From Promethearchaeota archaeon (GTDB taxonomy: Archaea > Asgardarchaeota > Thorarchaeia > Thorarchaeales > Thorarchaeaceae), in NCBI GenBank assembly GCA_027031765.1, contig JALVPN010000046.1, positions 677 to 17,725 on the forward strand: 17,049 nucleotides of DNA, written 5' to 3'. The notes under the pieces are model-generated. The model was not told the origin of the DNA. It searched no databases and saw only the letters and a list, made by a program, of their open reading frames with translations. Shown one piece after another: positions 1 through 8,689 of this stretch. The position numbers and the translations under genes were made by a program. The number at the start of each line of letters is the position of its first letter. The first letter of the stretch is position 1.

Positions 1-1758
1 GGGCCCGAGGTCCACTATGTAGTCCGCAGAACGGATTGTCTCCTCGTCGTGTTCGACCACGATCACCGTGTTGCCCATGTCCCGGAGCCGCTTGAGGGCA
101 CGCAGGAGTCGCCTGTTGTCCCGCTGGTGCAGCCCGATGCTCGGCTCGTCACACACGTACGTTATGCCCACGAGCTCGGAGCCGATCTGGCTTGCCAGAC
201 GGATGCGCTGGGCCTCACCGCCGGCCAGTGATGGTGCAGGCCTGTCCAGTGTCAGGTAGTCCAGTCCCACCTCACAGAGGAACATGAGCCGTCCCTCAAT
301 CTCCCTCAGTATCGGACGCACCACCGGTTCCAGCCGGGGCTCCACACGCACTCCTCTCAGGAACTCCCTGAGCTCGCGGATGGACATCGCGTTGAGTTCC
401 GTTATGGTCTTGCCCTGGAAGGTCACAGCCCTGGCCTCTGCCCTCAGCCGCGAGCCCCCACAGTCCGGGCACGGCGTCACCGTCATCAGCCTCTCAAGCG
501 ACGCCCTCACAGCTGCTGACCGGGTGTTCCTGTACTGCCTCCTGAGCCGCGGGACGATCCCCTCGAAGGGCGCAGTGTACCTGGCCGAGACCTGGACCGT
601 GCTGGCCCTGTCGCTCCAGTCCCAGCCCATCTCGAACTCGACATCCCCAGAGCCATGCATCACGACATGCTGTTGCTCAGGTGTCAGCTCCTTCCACGGT
701 GTGTCCAGGCTGAAGTCGAAGTGCCTGGCCAGTTCCTCCATCACTCCACGTCTCATGAGCCACTTGTAGACCTTGATGGCACCCTCCGCCAGCGAGAGCG
801 ACGGGTCATCGACAAGCTTGTCGGGGTGGAAGTCCCAAGTACTGCCAAGGCCGGTACATGTAGGGCACGCGCCGTGTGGGGTGTTCCACGAGAAGAGTCG
901 TGGTTCCATCTCGGGCAGGCTGACACCACACTGCACGCAGGCGAAGTGTTCAGACAGGGTCATCTCACCCTCCGGTGTCACCACCACCACGACACCGTCC
1001 GCCATGTCGAGGGCGGTCTCCACCGCCTCCGCAACCCTGTCGCGCTCCTCTCCGTCCACCCGCAGCCGGTCTATGACCACTTCGACCGTGTGCTTGTAGT
1101 ACCTGTCAAGGGACATGCCCTCCTCGATGTCCACGAGCTCACCGTCCACCCGTGCGCGCACAAAGCCTTTCTGGAGCAGCTCACGGAACTCCCGGCGGTA
1201 CTCCCCTTTCCGGCCACGGACAATTGGGGCCAGCACCATGATGCGCACGCCCCGTTCCAACCGGAGCACCTGGTCAACGATCTGCTGCGCTGTCTGCGGC
1301 CTGATCTCAGTGCCACACCTTGGACAGTGCGGTGTCCCAGCGCGCGCAAACAGCAGTCGCAGGAAGTCGTACACCTCGGTTATGGTGCCCACCGTGCTCC
1401 GTGGGTTCCGGCCGGCACTCTTCTGGTCAATCGAGATTGCTGGTGACAGGCCGGTTATTAGGTCGACGCGTGGCTTCTCCAACATCCCAAGGAACTGACG
1501 TGCATATGCGGACAGCGACTCGACGAACCGTCGTTGCCCCTCTGCGTAGATGGTGTCGTACACAAGGCTCGACTTACCGGACCCGGACACACCCGTGACA
1601 ACGGTCAGACTGTTGCGCGGGATCTCGACCGTGATGTGCTTGAGAGTGTGCTCGTAGGCCCCCACAACCCTGAGCGTATGTGTCCCGTTTCCAGGCGGGG
1701 GCCCGGTCGGGGGCGCGCCACGTCTCTCCTGTTGTAGTGCTCCTGTCGAGTCTGGCAT
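1..1758 (-). CDS. uvrA: Excinuclease ABC subunit A (UvrA), N-terminal ~586 aa; continues beyond the left edge
   Basis: Manual translation of the minus frame from ATG 1758 is open to position 1: LRVVGAYEHTLKHITVEIPRNSLTVVTGVSGSGKSSLVYDTIYAEGQRRFVESLSAYARQFLG (Walker A), Zn-finger Cys pairs CPRC, CVQC, CPTC, CPDC, signature LAGGEAQRIRLA, Walker B YVCDEPSIGLH, VVEHDEE, ADYIVDLGP. Absent from the ORF track because it has no stop in the window. Exact start codon uncertain. Confidence 0.96.
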   Translation of the reverse strand, partial: MPDSTGALQQERRGAPPTGPPPGNGTHTLRVVGAYEHTLKHITVEIPRNSLTVVTGVSGSGKSSLVYDTIYAEGQRRFVESLSAYARQFLGMLEKPRVDLITGLSPAISIDQKSAGRNPRSTVGTITEVYDFLRLLFARAGTPHCPRCGTEIRPQTAQQIVDQVLRLERGVRIMVLAPIVRGRKGEYRREFRELLQKGFVRARVDGELVDIEEGMSLDRYYKHTVEVVIDRLRVDGEERDRVAEAVETALDMADGVVVVVTPEGEMTLSEHFACVQCGVSLPEMEPRLFSWNTPHGACPTCTGLGSTWDFHPDKLVDDPSLSLAEGAIKVYKWLMRRGVMEELARHFDFSLDTPWKELTPEQQHVVMHGSGDVEFEMGWDWSDRASTVQVSARYTAPFEGIVPRLRRQYRNTRSAAVRASLERLMTVTPCPDCGGSRLRAEARAVTFQGKTITELNAMSIRELREFLRGVRVEPRLEPVVRPILREIEGRLMFLCEVGLDYLTLDRPAPSLAGGEAQRIRLASQIGSELVGITYVCDEPSIGLHQRDNRRLLRALKRLRDMGNTVIVVEHDEETIRSADYIVDLGP

Positions 1759-1851
1759 CAGGCATCACTGACACTTGGCATATGCACTCCTCTCGCCCTC
1801 CCGGGACTGGGCCTAACTCGTACTCCTGCTCGGAGAGAGGGAGGCGTCGTA

Positions 1852-1870
1852 CTGGCTAAAGACTTTTTGC
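1852..1870 (-). promoter_or_regulatory. Putative archaeal BRE plus weak TATA-like element upstream of uvrA
   Basis: Minus strand reads GCAAAAAGTC-TTTAGC, the same layout as the element upstream of metG (GGAAAAAGAG-TTATAT). An SD-like GAGGAGTG lies at 1792-1785. Confidence 0.4.
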
Positions 1871-2064
1871 AACGTGGCAGTCACCACCGTTGCCACTAGA
1901 TGGCCACACAGGCCCGTGCAAGCAGCAGTGCAGCGCTGTGCACACCACTCTAGGGGGCCACGGCCTCTGCTACGTCCAGCAGTAGGACTCGCCCTATACT
2001 GTCGTCCTGTAGTACGCACGTCCCAGCACTTGTCGCGGGCCTGTGACCTCTCGTGGTGCCCGGC

Positions 2065-4083
2065 TCAGGCGGCATGCTCCATCAGGTCGCCCACAAGCCC
2101 CCTGAGCTCTGCAATCCTGTCCCTGAGCTCGACAGCACGCTCGAACTCCAGTCTCTGCGCCGCCTCGTGCATCTGCTCTTCGAGGTCAACAATGTAGTCG
2201 AGGAGGTCCTGGATGTCCCCCGGCGCCACTTCGGGTAGCTGCTCCTGCACTGTTGGTCCCCGTCGGCGCTGGCGGCCCGATGGCAGGCCCTGTGCAATGT
2301 CCTGTATCGTCTTGGAGATTGAGCGCGGCTCGATACCGTGCTCCATATTGTAGCGCATCTGGTACTCCCGCCGCCTGCGCGTCTCGTCGATTGCGGCCTG
2401 CATGGCAGGCGTCACAGTGTCAGCGTACAGTATTGCGCGCCCGCGGACATTCCTTGCCGCACGGCCCATGGTCTGGATCAGCGCCCAGTCCGTCCTCAGG
2501 AACCCCTCCTTGTCAGCATCGAGGACTGCAACAAGGGACACTTCGGGGATGTCGAGGCCTTCCCTGAGCAGGTTGATGCCCACCAACACGTCGAACTTGC
2601 CCTGTCTCAGTTCGCGCACGATTTCAATGCGTTCGACGGTGCCGATGTCCGAGTGGAGGTACCGCGCCCTGACGCCGTTCTCAGTGAGGTACTCTGTGAG
2701 CAGCTCGGCGGTCCTCTTCGTCAGGGTGGTGACCAGGACGCGGTCGCCGAGGGCCACGGTCCTGCGTATCTCTGCGAGGAGGTGGTCCATCTGTCCCTCC
2801 ACGGGGTGCACTGTCACGTCGGGGTCGAGCAGTCCCGTGGGCCTCAGCAGCTGTTCGACGACCTGCTGGCTGACACGTCGCTCGTAGGGCCCGGGCGTGG
2901 CGCTTGTGAATATGACGTGTCGCATGTATGCTTCGAACTCGTCGAATGTCAGGGGGCGGTTGTCGAATGCGGAAGGGAGCCTGAACCCGTAGTCCACAAG
3001 GTGTTGCTTCCTGGCCCTGTCGCCACGGGACATGCCGGCAATCTGGGGCACAGTCATGTGGCTCTCGTCTATGACCATCAGGAAGTCCTCTGGGAAGTAG
3101 TCCAGGAGGGTGTAGGGCCTCTCACCACTCGCGCGCCCCTCTATGTACCGCGAGTAGTTCTCGATGCCGGGACAGTAGCCGGTCTCACGGAGGAGCTCCA
3201 GGTCATAGAGTGTCCGGCGGCGGAGCCGCTCTGCCTCCACCAGTCGCCCCTGCTGCTTGAACCACTCCACACGCTCCCTCATCTCCTCCTCGATGGCGTC
3301 AAGGGCCCCCAGCACGTTCTCGTACCGTGACACGTGGTGCCTCGCAGGGTATACCTCTACCCACGACTCATCGGACAGTCTGCGTGAGCTGAGGGGCTGG
3401 AGTATTGAGAGCCGCTCCACAGTGTCCCCGTCAAGCTCGATCCTGATGCTGTTCCTTGAGTGCGCCGGGTGTACGTCGATAACGTCACCGCGCACCCTGA
3501 AGACGCCCGGCCTGACCTCCATGTCGTTCCGCTCGTACTGCATGGCCACGAGGCGCTCCAGTATCTCGCGACGACTGACCTGCTGTCCCACCTGGAGGAA
3601 GAGCGAGAGGTGTGCGTACTCCCTGGGGTCACCAACACCATAGATACACGACACCGATGCGACCACAATCACGTCCTCTCGTGTCCTCAGTGAGTGGGTC
3701 GTCGAGTGGCGTAACCGGTCGACCTCCGCGTTTATCTCGGCCTCCTTCTCAATGTACATGTCCTTGCTGGGCACGTATGCTTCCGGCTGGTAGTAGTCGT
3801 AGAATGACACAAAGTACTCCACTGCGTTGTGTGGGAAGAACTGGCGGTACTCGGAGGCCAGCTGGGCTGCGAGCGTCTTGTTGTGGGAGATGACCAGTGT
3901 CGGACGGCCATACTGTGCTATCACGTTGGCCATCGTGAACGTCTTGCCTGACCCGGTCACACCCAGCAGCGTCTGGAACCTGTAACCACGCCGGAGCCCC
4001 TCGACCAGCTGACGGACTGCCTGCGGCTGGTCACCGGTCGGCTCATAGGGTGCCTCCAGTATGAACTCGGCCATCTCTGTCAC
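2065..4083 (-). CDS. uvrB: Excinuclease ABC subunit B (UvrB)
   Basis: [13 protein letters not shown] (Walker A), HNKTLAAQL, beta-hairpin [13 protein letters not shown] (Walker B), [27 protein letters not shown], and C-terminal UVR coiled coil [20 protein letters not shown] 4074 is an equally plausible start to GTG 4083. Confidence 0.98.
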   Translation of the reverse strand: MTEMAEFILEAPYEPTGDQPQAVRQLVEGLRRGYRFQTLLGVTGSGKTFTMANVIAQYGRPTLVISHNKTLAAQLASEYRQFFPHNAVEYFVSFYDYYQPEAYVPSKDMYIEKEAEINAEVDRLRHSTTHSLRTREDVIVVASVSCIYGVGDPREYAHLSLFLQVGQQVSRREILERLVAMQYERNDMEVRPGVFRVRGDVIDVHPAHSRNSIRIELDGDTVERLSILQPLSSRRLSDESWVEVYPARHHVSRYENVLGALDAIEEEMRERVEWFKQQGRLVEAERLRRRTLYDLELLRETGYCPGIENYSRYIEGRASGERPYTLLDYFPEDFLMVIDESHMTVPQIAGMSRGDRARKQHLVDYGFRLPSAFDNRPLTFDEFEAYMRHVIFTSATPGPYERRVSQQVVEQLLRPTGLLDPDVTVHPVEGQMDHLLAEIRRTVALGDRVLVTTLTKRTAELLTEYLTENGVRARYLHSDIGTVERIEIVRELRQGKFDVLVGINLLREGLDIPEVSLVAVLDADKEGFLRTDWALIQTMGRAARNVRGRAILYADTVTPAMQAAIDETRRRREYQMRYNMEHGIEPRSISKTIQDIAQGLPSGRQRRRGPTVQEQLPEVAPGDIQDLLDYIVDLEEQMHEAAQRLEFERAVELRDRIAELRGLVGDLMEHAA

Positions 4084-4114
4084 GCCTCGCTCACGGTCAC
4101 CTGGTCCCAGCAGC

Positions 4115-4128
4115 TAGTAACTCTTTGG
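4115..4128 (-). promoter_or_regulatory. Putative BRE/TATA-like promoter of uvrB
   Basis: Minus strand CCAAAGAG-TTACTA shares AAAGAGTTA with the metG upstream element and lies about 30-45 nt upstream of the candidate starts. Confidence 0.4.
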
Positions 4129-4214
4129 GTCTGTGAGGCCCAGCGTCCCGTGCACTGCTCGCGGCCCACCATGTCGTGCACCCGCGGGGTGAGATGTGAC
4201 GGCCGGCCTGGCCC

Positions 4215-5642
4215 TCACCCCTCGGTCAGGCGCAGACGGATGTGTTCTCTGACGACCTCAAGGTCTGCACCGGGGGGCACCGTGCGCAGTGTCGGCAACA
4301 GGTCGAAGTCCAGCTGTCCCACAGACCCGAGGCCCAGTCGCTCCACGATGCTGGCCATGAATGCCTGTGACTCCGACGCGGGTATCACATTCAGTGTCCC
4401 CTCCACTCGCCTCAGTACCTGTGGCCACCCTGCGCTCCGTACCATCTTCGCGATGTCCTCCTCGACAATCCTGTCGCGCACCTGTGCGAGCCCTGGTGGT
4501 AGCTCCTCTGGCAGATAGAATGTGTGCAGTCTTGTGCGTTTCGAGACCGAGAACGTGGTCAGGGTGCCGCAGGCAAGCAGTGGGAGGACATCTAGGGACG
4601 TAATGGGGTTCCCGTGCAGTTCCAGTACCTGGAGGCCGGTGCAGAGGCTCAGTGGCCACAGGTCGCGGCTGCGCAGTCTGTTCCGTGCCAGCCTCAACAC
4701 TATCAGCTCGGGACAGGACTTGAGGGGTGAGAGTGACAGTGCTGTGAGCGCGTTCTCCTGCAGGTCGAGGATCCGGAGCTCCCCGCAGCCAGTGAGAGGG
4801 CCAAGGTCTATCGCCTCCAGGTGGTTCCTTGCCAGCACCAGCACACGGAGTGACGGACAGCCCCGGAGCGGTCCCAGGTCGGCCCGTTCCAGGTCGTTCG
4901 ATGACAGGTCGACCTCCCTGAGCGCCTGCGCCTCCGGCAGTGTCACTTCTTGGAGACTGTTCGAAGACAGGTCGGCACATCTGACACGTGTGCCAGCCAG
5001 CGGCCTGAGGTCGACACGGAGAATGTTGTTCTGTGCGAGCGTCAGCTCTGTCAGGTGCGAGAGTGTGGCCAATGGTGACAGGTCGACCCAGCGGATGCGG
5101 TTGTCAGCAAGCCCCAAGACCGTCAGTCCCACGCAGCGACCGAGCGGTTCCAGGTCGACCCTGGCCAGTCTGTTCGCGTCCAGCCGCAGTACCCGAAGTG
5201 AGGTGCACGAGGACAGTGGTGCCAGGTCCACTTCGGTCATTGCGTTGTGGTCGAGCCGGAACACAGCGAGGTCGGGGCAGCTGGCCAGTGGACTGAGGTC
5301 GGCACCTGTCAGCCTGTTCCCCTCCAGCAGCAGCTCCTGGAGGTGCGGTGTCCCGGCCAGTGGCCGCAGGTCAACACCGAGCAGCCTGTTCGAGGCGAGG
5401 TCCAGTGACACGAGCCCGGTACAGCCCGCCAACGGCGAGAGGTCTACGGACTCGAGTGCGTTGCGGAAGAGTGAGAACCTCCTCAATGATGTGCACCCCG
5501 CCAGTGGTGACAGGTCGACTTCTATGAGGTGCTTCCGGGACACGTCAAGGATTCCTGGACACCCCTGCAGCTTTAGGACGCCCGCCTCACCAAACATACG
5601 TGTATACCGGATCTCTATCAACCTGCTCCGCTCTCCATGCAC
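4215..5642 (-). CDS. Leucine-rich repeat protein (475 aa) with about 14 LRRs and a ~115-aa non-repeat C-terminal region
   Basis: Repeats of consensus LxxLxLxxNxLxxVDLxPLxxCxx at aa 31-360. Short N-terminal cap (IEIRYTRMFGEAG). No signal peptide or TM segment visible. Confidence 0.92.
   Translation of the reverse strand: MHGERSRLIEIRYTRMFGEAGVLKLQGCPGILDVSRKHLIEVDLSPLAGCTSLRRFSLFRNALESVDLSPLAGCTGLVSLDLASNRLLGVDLRPLAGTPHLQELLLEGNRLTGADLSPLASCPDLAVFRLDHNAMTEVDLAPLSSCTSLRVLRLDANRLARVDLEPLGRCVGLTVLGLADNRIRWVDLSPLATLSHLTELTLAQNNILRVDLRPLAGTRVRCADLSSNSLQEVTLPEAQALREVDLSSNDLERADLGPLRGCPSLRVLVLARNHLEAIDLGPLTGCGELRILDLQENALTALSLSPLKSCPELIVLRLARNRLRSRDLWPLSLCTGLQVLELHGNPITSLDVLPLLACGTLTTFSVSKRTRLHTFYLPEELPPGLAQVRDRIVEEDIAKMVRSAGWPQVLRRVEGTLNVIPASESQAFMASIVERLGLGSVGQLDFDLLPTLRTVPPGADLEVVREHIRLRLTEG
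4563..5552 (-). repeat. Coding tandem repeat: 13 clear plus 1 degenerate LRR units, mostly 24 aa (72 nt), one of 23 aa and one of 21 aa
   Basis: Counted directly in the translation, e.g. LRRFSLFRNALESVDLSPLAGCTG / LVSLDLASNRLLGVDLRPLAGTPH / LQELLLEGNRLTGADLSPLASCPD. Confidence 0.9.
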
Positions 5643-5872
5643 ACAACGGGCCCGCCGACAGGAACAGTGGGTGTACGGTCCGCCATGCAGTGGTGTGGCC
5701 TACCTTATCTGTCCATCGGACACCGGGTCGGGCCTGTTGGCCAACTGCTGTCTGCCACAACGGTGATATGTCCATTGTACCATGCATGCCCTCTCCCCCC
5801 CGCGTCAGTACCGGCTCTGTATGCCACTACTCCCTGCTGGTGGTGCAGTGCAGCACCCCTGTCCATCTGTAC

Positions 5873-6433
5873 TCATCGTACGGTGCTGTTGCCGGTCTGA
5901 CCTCGTCTGGTGATGGTAGCCTCACGCCACGCCACGAACCTCCCACAAGGTTCTGCCCGCCGACAACCGTAGTAGTTGAAGTCAGGGCACTCCATGCACG
6001 GCGACTCGCCACGCAGGTCTATCTCGTGGGTCGGCTCTGCCACGGGGGGGCCTTGACCAGCCCCGGTACTCCCTGTGGCGGCCTCGCCGCTACTGGCGCT
6101 ATCGTTGGCACTCCTGTCCAGTGCGGCTGCGTGTGCCCAGGCCTCGCGGGCAGCACCGTCGTCACCCATGGCCTCAAGGGTGAGGGCCAGTTCTGCCCAG
6201 AACTCCGGCACCGTGGGGTCGAGCGCCAAGGCCCTCTGGAGTACGGTGCATGCCTCGGCCATGCGGTGGGCGTGTCTGAGATGGCAGCCCAGCCGGTACC
6301 ACGAGACCGCAACGTTGGGGAATGCCATTGCCCTCATCCACAGCAGGTCCTCGTATGTCCCCTGAGCGCTCACACTGTCGTCTTCAGCGGCCCGTTGGCC
6401 CGGACTGGCATCCGGTCTGTTCCCTATCGTCAT
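5873..6433 (-). CDS. Tetratricopeptide-repeat protein (two TPRs) with a C-terminal four-cysteine motif
   Basis: TPR1 aa ~42-75 (AVSWYRLGCHLRHAHRMAEACTVLQRALALDP), TPR2 aa ~76-109 (PEFWAELALTLEAMGDDGAAREAWAHAAALDR), Ser/Gly/Ala linker, then CMEC-x7-C-x5-C. SD GGGAGG at 6448-6443 and a TATA box upstream support expression. Confidence 0.82.
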   Translation of the reverse strand: MTIGNRPDASPGQRAAEDDSVSAQGTYEDLLWMRAMAFPNVAVSWYRLGCHLRHAHRMAEACTVLQRALALDPTVPEFWAELALTLEAMGDDGAAREAWAHAAALDRSANDSASSGEAATGSTGAGQGPPVAEPTHEIDLRGESPCMECPDFNYYGCRRAEPCGRFVAWREATITRRGQTGNSTVR

Positions 6434-6483
6434 CGCGTGTTTCCTCCCGGCGGCAATGACTTACATCCCACTGCTCTGTGTCG

Positions 6484-6492
6484 TATTATATA
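6484..6492 (-). promoter_or_regulatory. TATA box for the TPR gene
   Basis: TATATAATA on the minus strand in GC-rich surroundings, 51 nt upstream of ATG 6433. The spacing allows a ~25-30 nt leader containing the GGGAGG SD. Confidence 0.6.
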
Positions 6493-6702
6493 CGGTTCGG
6501 CGAGTGACTGATTGCGGTCGCACCCGTCCATAATTCGGCAGTGTTTGGCGCCATTTGTCCCGACACGCCCCCGTTACAAGGGCCGGTGTGGTGATTCCTC
6601 AGTAATGTCCCGGCCATCTAGGGGTGCGCGTGGTGATCATGACTGTGCCTCTCACCCGTTTTCCACGTTCTGCTGCCGTGTCGGTACTGGGGTTGCTGGC
6701 TG

Positions 6703-7515
6703 TCAGTCGCATGCCATTTCCCACGCCTTCCTGAACCACGAGACCACAGTCCGGTCGGTCTCCGTCCTTGCAGCGGGACTGCTGAGCACATGGTCTGCAC
6801 CGGGTACCACAACGAGCTGCTTTGGTCCTCCGGCCCTGGCGAACAGGGCACGCACCCCGTCGAGTTCGATGAGTTCGTCGCTGTCGCCCGTCACGACCAG
6901 GAAGGGGCGTGGCGGAATCCTGCCGATGTCACACGCGGGGTTGAACCTGCGCGACTCCTCAACCAGTCGTCGGAGCATGGTCTCACGGAGGACGGGGTCG
7001 TCAAGTCCGTGGACGGCACTTGGGGACTCTCTGAGGGTGTACTCGATAGCGGTCATGACCCGTGGGGTCGTTGCAAAGAGGTGGGTGTCATATACGGGTG
7101 CCCGCACGCAGACGGCCTTGACCCGGGGGTCACGCGCAGCAGCACAGACTGCGATGGCCCCACCAAAACTGGCCCCATAGACTCCCACCCAGTCCCCAGT
7201 GGTAATGTCGTGTCCAAGGATGTGGGTCACTGCAGCATGGGCGTCCTCCACCATGCCGGCAAGGGAGAAGCACCCCTCACTCCTCCTGAAGCCCCGGAAG
7301 TCAAAGGTCAGGACAGCGAAGCCGTGTCTGGCGAGGCTGGAGGCAATGCCCGATACCTGGTCTGGCGAGCCGGGCAGACCATGGAACTTGCATATCACGG
7401 GGTACCTGCCCGGTCGCTCCGGCACGACGACGTCGCCTCTGACCAGTTGTCCATTGGACTCGAACTCTGTCGGCACCACACGTACTGCTACAGGAATGGT
7501 AATACCTCCTGTCAC
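6703..7515 (-). CDS. Alpha/beta-fold serine hydrolase (S9/Hydrolase_4-like)
   Basis: Oxyanion HGLPG, FDFRGFRRSEG, nucleophile elbow GASFGG, acid in TGDSDELI, His in PGADHVL, giving a complete Ser-Asp-His triad. Substrate unknown. Confidence 0.92.
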   Translation of the reverse strand: MTGGITIPVAVRVVPTEFESNGQLVRGDVVVPERPGRYPVICKFHGLPGSPDQVSGIASSLARHGFAVLTFDFRGFRRSEGCFSLAGMVEDAHAAVTHILGHDITTGDWVGVYGASFGGAIAVCAAARDPRVKAVCVRAPVYDTHLFATTPRVMTAIEYTLRESPSAVHGLDDPVLRETMLRRLVEESRRFNPACDIGRIPPRPFLVVTGDSDELIELDGVRALFARAGGPKQLVVVPGADHVLSSPAARTETDRTVVSWFRKAWEMACD

Positions 7516-7613
7516 AACTCTCCGCTGCTACAACACGGGGACACGTCACAGACAAGTATTTTGACTGTGGTGCAGTCGTCCCGGGTCGGCACGGGTAACA
7601 GGAGTGCGCGGCA

Positions 7614-8689
7614 ATGCCAGTCCTTCAGGGCCCCGGCCTCATACGCGGCATCGTCCTCGTCCTTGACTCGGGAGTTGTATTCTACACTTGCTACTGGCAT
7701 CAATCCTGCTCGTCGAGTGGTCGCGCAGCCCGGTGAGGCGGATGCTGGACGCGCCACAGTCATGGGCGCTGTTTCTCTACGGGATGGCCGCGAACTCCTT
7801 CTCCTTCATCATGTCGGACTTCTACTCGCCAACAGGGGGGCGTGTTCTTGTGGACGGAGACGGGCTGCGTCTCCATGATGGTGGCCCTCCTCGGGTTCTT
7901 CATCGCCCTGGAACAGATGCTCCCATACATGCCCCACCATGCGTTCTCGACATCCGTAGCAGTGGTCGCAGTTATCAAGGTCTTTGCCAGCTAAGAGATG
8001 CTCACACTCCTCGCCTTGTCAGCATCGCTCATCGTGCTCGTGCTGCTCCCGTTCTTCTTCAGGTACTACGTCTCGACCACGAGTGGAGTGGTCAAGTCGA
8101 GTCTGCGTTTCATCCTCTTCTGGGGCCTCATAGGATCCCTCGGTCACATCGACCGCAGTGACTATGTATTCAACAACCTCGGGCCGGCTGTATATATCCT
8201 CGCAGCAGTGTTCCTCGTGACGCGCCTCCTGATGCTTGGGGTTGCCATCATAGGTTCGCCCGCCCTGGACCAGCCTGACTGGCCTGAGAATATGGTCGAG
8301 CTCTACGTGACTGAGGAGAAGAGCGGTGTCCTCCCCTATCACTACGAGTTCACCGCGGCCATGGAGCACGACGAGGAGCTCACGGCCGCCGGCATCGCCG
8401 GTGTCCAGGGACTGTTCAAGGAGCTCACGCGGTCGTCCTCCGGGCTCCACAACGTGTCCACTCGAAGTACCATATCCTCTTCACGTAGGCGGGCCCCATT
8501 ACGGTGGTGTTGACTGCGACCTAGCCGTACAGCCTCCTCCTCAGTAAGATCGAGGAGTTCGTTGACACGTTCCTCCTCGTATACGGCAGTGCAATTGAGG
8601 ACTTCGGGAATGTCAGTGTGTTCCGAGGCGCCGGCGATATCGTCGAGCATTTGTTTTGCACCGGGGACGGGCAGACCGCACCTGTCTGA
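7614..8689 (+). pseudogene. Disrupted gene for a ~355-aa 7TM membrane protein with a C-terminal longin/roadblock-like domain
   Basis: SD AGGAGTG (7600-7606) then ATG 7614 (MPVLQGPGLIRGIVLVLDSGVVFY). Frameshift ~7687 into LLLASILLVEW...FIMSDFYSPT. Frameshift at G6 run 7835-7840 into GVFLWTETGCVSMMVALLGFFIALEQML...VIKVFAS. TAA 7992-7994, then ORF 7998. Frameshift ~8458 into HSKYHILFT*AGPITVVLTAT*PYSLLLSKIEEFVDTFLLVYGSAIEDFGNVSVFRGAGDIVEHLF with TAG at 8486 and 8522. Terminal TGA 8687-8689. Domain naming is from recollection of Asgard families. Confidence 0.8.

Noticed and set aside
1813-2019. 68-aa Cys-containing ORF between uvrB and uvrA
   Set aside because: No SD or motif, and it runs through the putative uvrA promoter and palindrome. 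Not supportable.
8486-8524. Two in-frame TAG codons suggesting pyrrolysine or amber recoding
   Set aside because: The same gene also has a TAA and three frameshifts. TAG serves as the normal stop for the ATP-grasp gene (12415) and the DUF3782-like gene (16106), and read-through there gives nothing meaningful.
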